A stretch of 64,000 nt of DNA, from NCBI GenBank assembly GCA_040954595.2, contig CM082596.2, forward strand, positions 9,506,461 through 9,570,460. The letters are read 5' to 3'. This DNA is from Balanoglossus misakiensis. Taxonomy: Eukaryota; Animalia; Hemichordata. The notes beneath the pieces were generated by a model that was not told the origin of the DNA, searched no databases, and saw only the letters and a list, made by a program, of their open reading frames with translations. A program made the translations under genes and the position numbers. How positions within the stretch are numbered: position 1 is the first letter of the stretch; each line of letters starts with the position of its first letter. Positions 26,770 to 38,752 of the stretch are shown here, piece after piece.

Positions 26770-28156
26770 CGGCCTAAATAACGACTTTTTCGCTCCTTGG
26801 TTGGTCATTCGGACGGAAAGACACGGTTTTAGCGAGTTTATCTTTCTCTCTCCTGAGCACTCCGTATTCAGACTTGCCAAAGTGAAGCGTGACAAAAATA
26901 TGACCATGTTTCCCTGCATGTTTTATTTACCCGACAGATAAAAACGCAGCGTTGATATTGAAATGAATTGGCTTTATGAAAATGATAAAAATTACAATAA
27001 TAATGTCGTTAAAAATTCTCACAAAAAAAAAGAAATAAAAAAGTGGTCTCGAACCAACATCAGTTGACACCTTCAGGTAAAAGGGTAGCATTCCTGAACC
27101 ATTCGCCATCACGATGTGTACTCGAAAAAGTCGGAAATTTTCCGCACTATATTGCAGCATAACTCCAATGATCTTATTTGCACCGCAGCGGTGCAAATAA
27201 GAGTTCCCTGCACCGCAACGGTGCGAATAAGAGTTCCCTGCACCGCAACGATCTGACCGTTCTTTAGTCACTCCTCGGCGACAAAAGCGTTTTATTACGG
27301 CATAAATAACGACTTTTTCGCTCCTTGGTTGGTCATGCGGACGGAAAGACACGGTTTTAGCGAGTTTATCTTTCTCTCTCCTGAGCACTCCATATTCAGA
27401 CTTGCCAAAGTGAACCGCGACAAAAATATGACCATGTTTCCCTGCATGTTTCTTTTACCCGACAGATAAAAAACGCAGCGTTGATATTGAAATGAATTGG
27501 CTTTATGAAAATGATAAAAATTACACTGATAATGTCGTTAAAAATTCTCACAAAAAAAAAAAATAGAAAAAAAGTGGTCTCGAACCAACATCAGTTAACA
27601 CCTTCAGGTAAAAGGGTAGCCTTCCTGAACCATTCGCCATCACGATGTGTACTCGAAAAAGTCGGAAATTTTCCGCACTATATTGCAGCATAACTCCAAT
27701 GATCTTATTTGCACCGCAGCGGTGCAAATAAGAGTTCCCTGCACCGCAACGGTGCGAATAAGAGTTCCCTGCACCGCAACGATCTGACCGTTCTTTATTC
27801 ACTCCTCGGCGACAAAAACGTTTTATTACGGCCTAAATAACGACTTTTTCGTTCCTTGGTTGGTCATTCGGACGGAAAGACACGGTTTTAGCGAGTTTAT
27901 CTTTCTCTCTTCTGAGCACTCCGTATTCAGACTTGCCCAAGTGAACTGCGACAAAAAATGACCAAGTTTCCGTGCATATTTCTTATACCCGACAGATAAA
28001 AAACGCAGCGTAGATATTGAAATGAATTGGATTTATGAAAATGATAAAAATTAAAATGATAATGTCGTTAAATGTTCTCACAAAAAAAAAAGAAATAGAA
28101 TAAAAAGTGGTCTCGAACCAACATCAGTTGACACCTTCAGGTAAAAGGCTAGCCTT
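26770..28156 (-). repeat. Satellite array, right arm copy (~530-bp units)
   Basis: Reverse complement of 3187-4513. Each complete unit has an extra 30-bp sub-repeat. Confidence 0.95.
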
Positions 28157-30144
28157 ACTTTTGTTTTATCTTTTATTAAAAAAGGACAGGCCCACTGGCT
28201 TGCCCTGTTAAAAGTAGATTGTACATTACAAGTAGCTTGTAATTACAGTGAAAGATTCATATTAAATAAATTCCATAAATTTTCAAGATGTTACACTACT
28301 ATTGCAAATCATTACAATATTGATGAAAAAACATTCACCGGAATGAATGCATGTGTAATGAAATCATTCAACATAAACAATCTTTAAATTCACAATATTG
28401 CATTACAGTATTCCATCATTTATGTAAGTCCTATACTCCAATCTGTCATGGAATTGTGACATACAATTTAATTACAGGAACAATTACCAGTAAAAAAGAT
28501 GGTATGTAACACCAGAGGGCGCCAGGTTCAACTGAAGGTGACAACATAGACAAAAAGACTGTTTAAAAATTTAAGGTAAAGTCAAAATCTTTTACCGTTA
28601 CAAGTACATTGTTTTGTGCAAAGATGCTTTCAAATAGCGCAACATTATCACTTGCTTTGCACCTGTTATATTCAAAAGTGATTTTCTGTTTTAATTTGTA
28701 CTTAAAGAACTTGATCAAGTCGATTTTCCGAGTACAACGCTTGTATGCTAATCTTCTACTATGAATTGTATAACGTGAAAGTGACAATAAAATATTGATC
28801 AGCGTGTACTCGTACTTGTCATCATTGACAGGATAACCAAATAACATCATTAGAATTCTATCTGTTGGGTTAAACTTATTTACATTACTGGCACTGTAGA
28901 TATACTCAAAAACAAGTTGCCACAAGGATTGAACTGCCTGGCAGCACAAAACAAATGATACACGTCTTCGGGAAAAAATGTGCAGAAGTCACAAGTCGGA
29001 CTGAGGATTTTGCCTGCTTTATAAAGACGAAGATTACTAAAAACAGCGTTGTGACAAATGAGATAATCCAGATCACCCAGGTAATTATCCTTGAAATGTG
29101 TGTAAACGATTGGCCAAACCTTACTAAAATCAAAGTTTGGCAGGTGGAAGAGCCAATACTGAACACCCGTGGGCACTGTTTTTCTCAGATGCCGAGCTAT
29201 TGTAGTAATGTGTCTAACCTTAAGAGAATGGAAAGGAACACGTTGATCATGAGCATTAACAATAAAAAGAGACGGGTTTTTGTCCACTTTGTTATAATCT
29301 TTGTAATTACCCTGCAGAATATCATGCCACTTTTGAGGAATTGAATTGAGGATAATATGGTACAGCTTCTCAACAGTATTGCTTGTGGGAGTGTCAGGAT
29401 GGGCCAATGAAACCACGTCACCAATTGCATCAACAGGTAGGAACCCAGGAATGACCATTGTATAACAAATCCCTGATTTTGACAATGCCAGCTGAACTGA
29501 AAAGCTTTATAATCGGCAGGGGGCGCCCTTCAACACTTGTAATGAATGGGTTATGAAAAATGGGTTCATTGATAATTTCATCGTAGGAAACTGGTTGTGC
29601 ACGAAAATATTTGTAAAGATGCGACCAAGACTGAAACAATTCCCTGTAGAATGTAGAACACTGACGTAAGTTGGTAGGATAAAGTAACATTTTAAAAGTG
29701 TCAACACCACAATTGAGATCGAAATACTTATTTAAGTTGTAGGTGAAAAACAGCTTGAATTTGTGAACATAATCTTTATCCAGCAATTTACACAACCACT
29801 TGAGACGAAGTGCATGCACTTTGTCTTGAATATTTGTGACTTTAAGTCCCCCATCTTGAATGTCGGAAGTGATGATATCCTATTTCACCCTGTGATGACC
29901 TTTGCTCCAGAAGAAATTACAGATGTGCTCATTCAAAATTTGTATGTGTTGCTGAGGCAACGAAACAACAGATGCCCGGTACCACAGAGTAGACGTAACA
30001 AGGGAGTTGATAATGAGGGTTTTCCCTTTGTAGGACAATTTACGAAATGACCAAGATTTCAGAATTCTACAGATTTTTGGAATGCGCTGAGCCCAATTGA
30101 AATCATCAGCAACTGATTTTTCATGACTCAACATGACACCAAGA
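28157..30144 (-). mobile_element. Tx1/L1 LINE 3' part, right arm copy
   Basis: Reverse complement of 1196-3186. ORFs 28563-28949, 28880-29485, 29430-29819 and 29880-30134. Confidence 0.93.
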
Positions 30145-30318
30145 TGATGTCTTTAAAAGTTCTCAAGAAAAAAAAGAAATATGAAAAAAGTGGTCTCGAA
30201 CCAACATCAGTTGACACCTTCAGGTAAAAGGCTAGCCTTCCTGAACCATTCGCCATCACGATGTGTACTCGAAAAAGTCAGAAATTTTCCGCACTATATT
30301 GCAGCATAACTCCAATGA
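30145..30318 (-). repeat. Partial unit of the same ~500-bp satellite, spanning an empty Tx1 insertion site
   Basis: gtggtctcgaaccaacatcagttgacaccttcaggtaaaaggctagccttcctgaaccattcgccatc matches the satellite. Confidence 0.9.
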
Positions 30319-32427
30319 AGTAAACAAATAAACACAGGTCAGTTGAATGTTCTCGCTTGAAACCAAATTGTAAATAATGAGAGGTAAGAAACTCCTCACA
30401 ACGAGAAAGTAAAATATGCTCAAAAACTTAAGAGAAAACAGTTGCTAGTGCTATCGGCCGGTAGTTACTGGCATCACTACAAAGCTTAGTTTTATCCTTA
30501 ATAATTGGAACTAAAATAACTTTGATAGCCTCAGTTGGCAGGTAACCATGAACAATCATAGCATTAATACTACAAGTCAAAATGGGTAAAATAGAGGAGT
30601 CTGAGAATTTGAGGTGCTCAGCTGAAATATTGTCAATGCCAGCTGTCTTGTCGTCAGGTAACTTATGTATAGCAGAAATTACTTCGTCTTCAGAAACATA
30701 CATATCAGAAGAAAAGTTAACATACTTCATTTTCTCCTCGATGTCATTTTTACCAGTCTGAGCCTGGACAGAATTCAAAATAGCACTGAAATGCTTGTGC
30801 CACATAATTGCAATTTCACTCTCACCAGTCGCTCCACCTACAGTGTCAGAAAGTGGCGTTTTTCTGCTAGTTTGCTTTCTGACTTCCTTCCAGAAGTCGT
30901 TCTGTTTGTGGCAGCGTAAATTGTCAGCCATCTTGTCAGCCCTATTTTGATTCTCAATCTTTTTACAAGCACGTAAAGCATACTTAAAACGAGCTCTGGA
31001 AGATTTCATGGTTTCAAAAAGCGGGCCTTGTTTAGGTTTACCCCCATTAACCCATAATAAAAACATGGAACGGGCATAGTCGTGACTTTCTTTTACAAAA
31101 TCGTTCCAGCCAGGTACAACATGAACTTTCTGGTGAAACTTACGCCTAATGGTATCTTTTGCAGCACAATTCAATGCATCCACAATACTACTATAACAAG
31201 TATCAATTGCCTGTAAATGCGAAGGGTCTGTACAGTTCACACTAGTGCAGAATAACTCTTCGGATAAATTAATCTTATCAATCTTGGCTTTGGTACAACG
31301 GGTGTAGGCGGATATATTCTGCTGTGACAATTTTTTTCCAATCAACTCGAAAATTACATTGCTTGAAGGAACTACTGCTGAAGCTTTCATCAGCAGAAGT
31401 GTTGAAATGAACCTCTATTGAAACAGGAATATGGTCGGAGTCAACAACATTGCAAAGACTCGAAATTGAAAGAACATTGCTATGAGAACCTTCAGTGGTA
31501 ACACAGTGGTCAATCCATGAAGTACTGCCATGAGCATCGCTAATCTAAGTAAACGTACCAGAATCCCTGCCTAGCAGCTCAACATCAGAAACGATGTAAC
31601 CAAATTGCTCACAATGCTCCATCAACTCACGACCAAAGCCTGTATCAGTAGTTAAATCAGCATTCCAGTCACCAATAGAAAAGACATTCCCAGTGTTAAT
31701 ATCAGAAACAGTGGAATTGATTTTCGCCAAGTACTCACTGAACACTTCAAAATTATCATTAGTATTGGTGGGCAAATAACAGTTTACAATAACAAGTTTG
31801 TCAGTATCATTTTCTAAAACTAAACCAAGCAAGCGACTATCAGCAAACTCAACAATACTGGCAAGTTTGCCAAGCGATCTACGCCAAAGAATTGCAACCC
31901 CCCCCCCCCGTACGGTCTACCAATACGGAGTTCAGACGAATCAAAAGCAGATACTCCGAATGACATAAAATCCGGATGTATGTCATGTAAAATTGACATC
32001 TCTTCCTTAGCAAGCCAGTGTTCTTGTAAAAGACAAATATCATGGGTTTCACACAATTCATACACAGAATGAAAGCTTGATTTCACAGAGCGACAGTTAA
32101 ATGACACAATCCGTAAACTATTTTTGCGTTCTGTCATGGCGTCTGAGATTTATAGTATTTTCTTACAAGAGTATCCTGAGGCCAATTTACAGGATCAAGG
32201 GCAACTCTAATGTCTACATCAGATAATTCAACCATAAAAGAAGCATACGTATCATACTTTGTTTTCAGTTTTGTACAGTTCACACCTACATCAAATTTGT
32301 CCGCAGCATAGCGCTCAACATTTTCACATGTTGTTGCTGGATTCAGCCGGGACACGAAAAGTGTACATACACGCCGCGGTCTTGCGCCTTGAAGGCCAGC
32401 TGTAGTACTCGGCGCAGTTCCAATCAC
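30319..32427 (-). mobile_element. APE-type LINE fragment (RTE-X/CR1-L2-group like): ORF1 C-terminus, endonuclease and start of RT; truncated at both ends, decayed
   Basis: ORF1 LFVSRL..KLKTKYDTYASF..WP....VRKY with its stop overlapping the ORF2 start (ATGA, 32134-32137). APE motifs SFNCRS, LQEHWL, GRPYGG, GDWNAD, WIDH, SDH. RT motifs NYRPIAL and QFGFK. Clade assignment is inferred. Confidence 0.85.
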
Positions 32428-32830
32428 AGGCTGCGTTCTCTTAAGAGGGATCTGGGGGTGAAAGTCTTGACAGAGCCTTTTGCTGAGGATCTAGACAGGG
32501 ATTCAAGACTGAGAAAAAACCCAGAAAAGGCCCTCTGCTATAAACATGTTTTTGTGGTCCATGTGTGTCACTAGTGTGGATATAGCCCTGACATTGTTCC
32601 TAAATCACCAGTGGCAATATTGTGGCGTTGATGAGTTTTTTTTCGATCACTATAGCTGAGATGGTTTGGCCAGGCAAGGCTAGACTTGGCCTGGGTTTCG
32701 CGGTTTCCCTATGTATGATCAGCCATGCACACATCTACATACTGGTATGTGTGTCACTAAGATATATGCACAATTTCATTTGAATAAATGTCTCAAAACA
32801 TAAGTATTTTTCCCCATTGTTTATTCAAAG

Positions 32831-34090
32831 ATGCTCCAAATCGAGAGTACCCTACCAGATTCAGATGACGTCATTGTTCTTGATCCCCAATGGTTATGTT
32901 CTAGAATATTCGGTCCCATGCTGGCTCCTGAAATATTTGAGCAGTTTGCAAACCGCTTGCCGCGGAAGTCCTTACATATGAGAAGCGAAATTGAGGAAGT
33001 TTTCCATGGTCTGGCAGATATTGATTTGCTGATAAATCTTCTCAAAGAGTTTGACCTTCTCTACGAGGTCATTTCTGAATCCAATACTGTAACTGGGTAT
33101 GTAATACCTGGGTTGTTGGACACAGATATGCCTGCAAATCAATGGAAACAGGATGCTACTAAGAAGATTTACTATGGTAGACGGTTCCAATGCAGAGATG
33201 ATGCTGATAGTTTCTCGCCAGGATTTTCCCCCCGACTTCACGCCCGAATAGAACGCCATTTCCGAAAGATCAACCGACGGACAAGTGGTATATGGAAAAA
33301 TGGCATCAAAGTGTGTCACAATGCAGAAGGCTTGGTGTATATGACAAACGGTTGGAGAGCTATCCATGTTTGTGTTAGAGCAGAGAAAGAAGAGGAAATC
33401 GGCGAATGCTACAAATTATTAGAGACAATAACTGATATTGTCTATGAAGTGTTAGAGATCTGCTGTCCTGGTACAAGACTTGACATCCACGTGTTGAGTT
33501 CAGATTCTCTTCGAAACCATCGCAACCCTGAAGATGTCACATTCTATACATTGAAGCAAATTCGGGAAGCAGAAGAGAGGAATGAGAAGGTGTACAACGA
33601 GGAGATGGTGATTTCAGAAGCAGCTACTGACTTGCTTTGTGCTGGGTATGATACAACCATCCTCCGACACAGTGGATATGAAAGTGATGTCAAGTGGATG
33701 CTGAAGGATGCCCTCAAGATATTTTCTAATATCATGGATATCATCCGTTTATCCGGCAATGACTACAGGGCTATGGCAGACTTGATGGGGATCCCTCGCA
33801 TGGAGGTGGATTCATGGCAATACAGTGCATCGATTCAATCCCACACACAACATGCTTTATCTGTTTGGTCCAAGGGCTGTGGAGGACAACAACGTGCAGG
33901 CCAACAGCCAACTGCAGATAAGAAATTCTGTAAGAGCAAATTTTCCAACCTGGTTAAAATTCTTGAGCAAGAAAGTTGTGATGTCTACGCTGCCAGAGAA
34001 GAAATACATGAGATGTTCCGAAAACTTGGTGTGTCAGCTGATCATCATGATGTTGAAGGTGACATGGCTAATCTACATCTTACATCTTAA
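32831..34090 (+). CDS. Terminal coding exon of a DAPK1-like ROCO protein (COR domain + C-terminal death domain)
   Basis: Intact 419-aa frame starting immediately after a pyrimidine-rich acceptor (ttcaaag|atg). VIVLDPQWLC, YVIPGLL, YYGRR, FSPGF.PRL and IWKNG match DAPK COR. GNDYRAMADLMGI..HTQHALSVW is death-domain-like. Upstream exons are not seen in the window. Confidence 0.82.
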   Translation: MLQIESTLPDSDDVIVLDPQWLCSRIFGPMLAPEIFEQFANRLPRKSLHMRSEIEEVFHGLADIDLLINLLKEFDLLYEVISESNTVTGYVIPGLLDTDMPANQWKQDATKKIYYGRRFQCRDDADSFSPGFSPRLHARIERHFRKINRRTSGIWKNGIKVCHNAEGLVYMTNGWRAIHVCVRAEKEEEIGECYKLLETITDIVYEVLEICCPGTRLDIHVLSSDSLRNHRNPEDVTFYTLKQIREAEERNEKVYNEEMVISEAATDLLCAGYDTTILRHSGYESDVKWMLKDALKIFSNIMDIIRLSGNDYRAMADLMGIPRMEVDSWQYSASIQSHTQHALSVWSKGCGGQQRAGQQPTADKKFCKSKFSNLVKILEQESCDVYAAREEIHEMFRKLGVSADHHDVEGDMANLHLTS

Positions 34091-35489
34091 GATGATGACA
34101 TCAACATCTCTGAAGCAGACCATTGTGACGTCAGTATATCAATTTCTGATTAGTATGGCAAACGATGGCAGTATTTCCATGGAACTTGTTGCAATGTCTG
34201 AGAAATTTAACTGAGTAACGTAATGTGTGTGTGCAAGGAAAAGGTTCCGTACACACATACTGTTATAAGCCCTGCAGAGAAATCAAAGCCAATACACCAA
34301 ACCACCCTCCACCATTACTGTCTTCTCAATAACCAGGCTGTACAACGAGGAGATGGTGATTGCAGAAACAGCTACCAACAGGTGACACAACTAAAGATAA
34401 ATGAATGGAATCTGTGACATAGATCTAGCATGAGATAACAGAAAGTGAATTACCCAAATACAGTACAAGACCATCCTGCAGATACTGACCTATTTGAAGT
34501 GTATGTAATGGTTAATTACAAATTAAATCACTCTAAGGAACATGAAGTCATGTCAGCTTCACAGGATGGAGACACATGCAAATAAAGTGAGTCAATTACA
34601 ATTATGAGAAAGTGACAACTAAGAAATTGTCATGTTGAGTTAACAAACTGCAGCTAATGACATCAATGACCATTATAGCAAAATAAAGTTGATTTTTTTA
34701 AAATTCTAGTGATTTTTGTGATTTGTTGCAACATTTTTTATTCAAATTATTGTTTTCACCAAAAAGCTGTACAGTAATATTTTTAATCCTGATCATCAAT
34801 ATCTTCAGTAGAAACATCACTTTTGTTTGTTGACAGATTTAGGAAATTCACTCTATGTTTTGCAGATGTTCATTTTGAGCCAAAAAAGCTGAAACATACA
34901 TATCCTGTCAGTATACAATGTCTCTGATTTGTAAAGCCAAATTAGTTTGTAAAGAGTTAGTTTGTTTCAAATTGCACTAACAATAATTCCAATAAGTTTA
35001 AGCAGAAATCTGAAACACTTGTTAAGAACATGTTCACAATGATTTTGTGTAATGTTCTGGACTTCAGTTTTGATGTGTACTATTTCCCAAAAGCAAATGA
35101 CTAACCAAGAATATGCAATTTAAGAGAGGTTGTCATACACTTCTTGCTTTCTTACATTGAACACACTCTCAACATCTTTTTTCTATGTACACAAGTTGTC
35201 ACTTCAAGATCATTCATATTAGGATTGAGAAACTATTTTCTTAATTTTGAATTATAAACTAATACAGACATCACCATTCACATTTTGCAGACATGCTATT
35301 TAGGTGGTCGACATATCTTTATATTTTTAGTATTAAAATGTGGGAAGAGTCACTTTGAAAACAGAAAAAAATTTGCTTTCTCAAAAATAAAAATACTTCA
35401 AATTTTCTCAATACACATTGAATGGTGGCCATCTTGATTTTAAAATTTGAATCAGTTTCGCTTTATCATTCAAAATTATGCCTGTTTAA

Positions 35490-35685
35490 AGGATATAAGA
35501 GTAAAAATCTCGCCAAAATGAATAAACGGTAGAGACCGATTATTCATTTTGACGAGTGTTTTACTCTCGTGTCTACAAGTGGGATGGAAGTTGTGGGTGG
35601 TCGAATGTTGATTCACTATATATCCACAGTCTTGTATCAAACATAATTAACAGAAAAATGGCAGCGAGAGAGAGATTTTGTCCCT
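35490..35685. mobile_element. Short TTAA-flanked MITE (Kolobok-type termini) with internal palindrome
   Basis: ttaa|agg...ccct|ttaa with internal hairpin gagtaaaa..ccaaaatgaata..tattcatttt..ttttactc. An inverted relative lies at 53540-53830. Confidence 0.55.
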
Positions 35686-37279
35686 TTAAATGTTATTCCA
35701 TGTATGACCTCATCTTGGATATGAATATTATCTGTTACCAATCCTTGCAATGCAGTTTCCATAACTGCAGTTTTACAGCTCTTTTTCATGAGGACTTGAG
35801 AAATGAATTATTTACTGCTTCTTCACAGCCAGAAAGATTCTTTATAGGTTTTTAAAATCCTTGATGTGTTCAAAATAAATCTTTTACTTTTGCAATCTTT
35901 TGTGTATATGTGTGTCCATTGTTAGCATTCCCCCCCCACCCCCCCACCCCCACCCCCGAGTTGAACACGGGCTGCCAAATTATTAGAATACAAGACATGA
36001 ACTATTCCTACTTGCTTCTCATGTTTGGTTTTAATGTGCACCTTCAAAATCAGTCATATTCTCCTCAATACAACTTTAGATTATTCTTGCTTAAAACAAA
36101 GAATACAGATTAATTATTCACCGTAAAAATTTGAATGACAAAAATTGTCTCAAATTTGAAATTCAAAATGGCCGCTATAACTCCATGGTGAACATTGTTT
36201 ATTTTTTTATGAAACCAAGGTGATGAAAATCTTTTTTTTTTCAAATGGACTTCATATACACTTTAATACAAAAACATGGAATAGTTTGGAGGACTGATCT
36301 TTGTGAAAATAACCAACTTAATGAATTTTTTTTCACTCAACTACTGGAAAGTAAGCTGTGCTTTGATTGGTTGCTGACTGAGACAAATGTGTAGATAACC
36401 AATCACAACACAGCTACCTTCATGATTGAGCATGTAGAAAGTGTAGTCTCCCTCAGAAATCGCCCAAAACATCGCTATTAATGCGAGCAGAGGATAGCAT
36501 GTATGAACTTTGACATGAAATTGGTAGTTACCCTGGTTACGACGTTGATTTGTGACTGGTACACTTTCCACCCTTTGAAGAAAGAAAAAAAGAAAAGTTC
36601 TTTTCTGTGCAAAACTTCAGAGTCACAAGTGATTTTCATCAAGAGAAACTTCTATCAGGCAAATTTTACTTGAAATGTTTGAAGAATTGGCACTGGGTTG
36701 ATTTTATTTTGGAGTGAGTTAAGTACTCAGGGAGTCATCATTTGGTATCCCCAGGGGGGGGGGTCTAGATGCTGTTTTCTGGGGGGAGAGACAATTCATT
36801 CCAGTGGAATGTGACACTTAGGAAATAAATAGACCATAGCACCAAAAAGAACAATTTCAGAATAAAATCCCTCATAACATATCAGCTCACAATCAGAATG
36901 CAGATAAGTATATGAGATAAGAGAAATTCCAACAAATGTCTTCATATTTGACTTCCAGTCCAACTTGAGTGGAAATGGCATAAACTTCAATGATTTTGTG
37001 CCCTTGAGCAAGGCACTTTTTATTCTCATTGATCTGGGGGGACTGACTTTGTATAGATGATTGTTCTAGTCATCCTATCCTAGGTAGACAACATTTCTGT
37101 GTTTGATATGGATGAATTTAATAAATAAAAAACTGCATCGTTAGCCATTTTTGAATGCTGCTAAATAATAAATATATCCAGAATTTGATAAAACAATTCT
37201 ATTTGAAATCCATTGTTTTCTTTGGCAATATATGACAATAATTTTGTCGCAAATATATAAATGGTATATATACAGTATT

Positions 37280-37793
37280 ATATTATATCATGCTACCGTC
37301 CGCAATTCTGATTGGACGAGAGCTCAATCCAGCGATGGTAAAATACTCATAATGCACTGCTGGCAGAGCTAAAACGGGCCCCTGCTGAACTAGCATATGG
37401 CAGCAAAAACCACAGTCGCGCGTGTTTAAACCAAATAAATAAAACAACAATACTGTTGAATTAACGGACGTTTTATTTTGGAATTGCTCTGTGGAAATAT
37501 TTTTCACTTTGCCACGCGCGATGCCCGTCTTGTCACTTTTTGTCGTCTGCTTCATGTTTAATGCTCGATCCCGGCTGGATCCCGGCCGCTCGTGTTTACA
37601 TTCATCGTCGCCATGTATGTTCACGATCGTAATTTCTCTTTATGACGCCGTTTCGGTAAGAAAATGACACTGATATGCCACAAAAACAATTGTTGATATA
37701 ATATGATAGCAATAAAACACTCCAGCCATGGTATACCACTCGATTTTGACCAGTTCAACTCCTTATACGCACGAACGATGTTTTATTGCTTAA
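37280..37793. mobile_element. Non-autonomous hairpin element (Crypton-like architecture)
   Basis: IR atattatatca (37280) / tgatataatat (37694), then a degraded hairpin agcaataaaaca...tgttttattgct (37708-37790). ctgattgg lies near the distal end. Confidence 0.6.
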
Positions 37794-38369
37794 TTAACTT
37801 GGTTTTTGTAGCAACTGATATTAGCAACGTTTTCATGAATTAACGAAGAAAAATATAGTTTTGAAGTTCTCAGGAATACACCCAAATTTTGTATACATGA
37901 ACACTGTCCAAACAGACTATGGTTCTCAAAATCCCAAATTGATGCTTTTAAAGGAGGCTTCAGTAATTACAGCCGTGGGTTGGGGGAAGTTGGGGACGGT
38001 CCATCATGTAAAGGTGACAGACAGCATTCCTGTATGGCTAGGGAAGGCTGTGTGTTGCTATGACAACACCTCCCTTAATCAGCGCATGCACAGGCACATT
38101 GACCTATACATAAGAGCGAACCCAGTATTCAAACTACTTGAAAGTACTGTTTAAACAGCCAAACTTTTTACATACAAGGAATACGGTAATGTTTGGTTTG
38201 TAAAAAGTAGTTCATACTCAATCCTTTTCTGGGCTCTTTTGATTTGTCTTCTAGCTCGCCTCCTTAAAACTTTCAGAGACTTCAATTCAACAGAAAATTC
38301 TTTCACCATTTGCAGCAGTAAGTCTGCGGACTATTTCAAACAACTCACCATAAAAGACGGATTGACAAG

Positions 38370-38752
38370 AAGAAGTGTTTATCACCATCAAGAACTGACT
38401 AATGAGTGATACAATCATGGCATACTTCGATCCGAAGAAAGAAACCGAAATAGTTGTAGATGCCAGCCCAGTAGGTTTATAGCAGCCATGTTAACCCAGA
38501 AAAGCAAAAGCGACGCGTCGACGACGCACCACGAGTTCTTTGCTACGGAAGCAGATCACTCACACCAGTCGAACAACGATATTTTCAAACACAAAGAGAG
38601 GCCCTTGCCGTTGTATGGGCATGCGAACGATTCCACTTGTATGTATATGGTCAGAAATTCACCATTGTGACAGACCACAAGCCGTTGGTCCACATATACA
38701 ACAATCCAATTTCGAAACCACCTGCCAGAATCGAACGTTGGGCACTGAAGCC
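38370..38752 (+). pseudogene. Relic Ty3/Gypsy RNase H fragment
   Basis: Frameshifted translation MAYFDPKKETEIVVDASPVG..YGSRSLTPVEQRY.QT.REALAVVWACERFHLYVYGQKFTIVTDHKPL..PPARIERWALK. Confidence 0.85.

Larger units (their letters stand above)
1196..30144. repeat. Giant inverted duplication: left arm 1196-5580 + 10842-16759, spacer 16760-19710, right arm 19711-30144
   Basis: Mirror ORFs have constant coordinate sums: 14641/21829, 13970/22500 and 13771/22699 sum to 36470; 5122/26161 sums to 31283. Translations are near-identical. Inner breakpoint gaatatctaa(16759) / ttagatattc(19711). Confidence 0.97.

Noticed and set aside
32389-32574. Possible upstream exon of the DAPK-like gene
   Set aside because: The translation has no ROC/COR similarity and partly overlaps the LINE ORF1 antisense.
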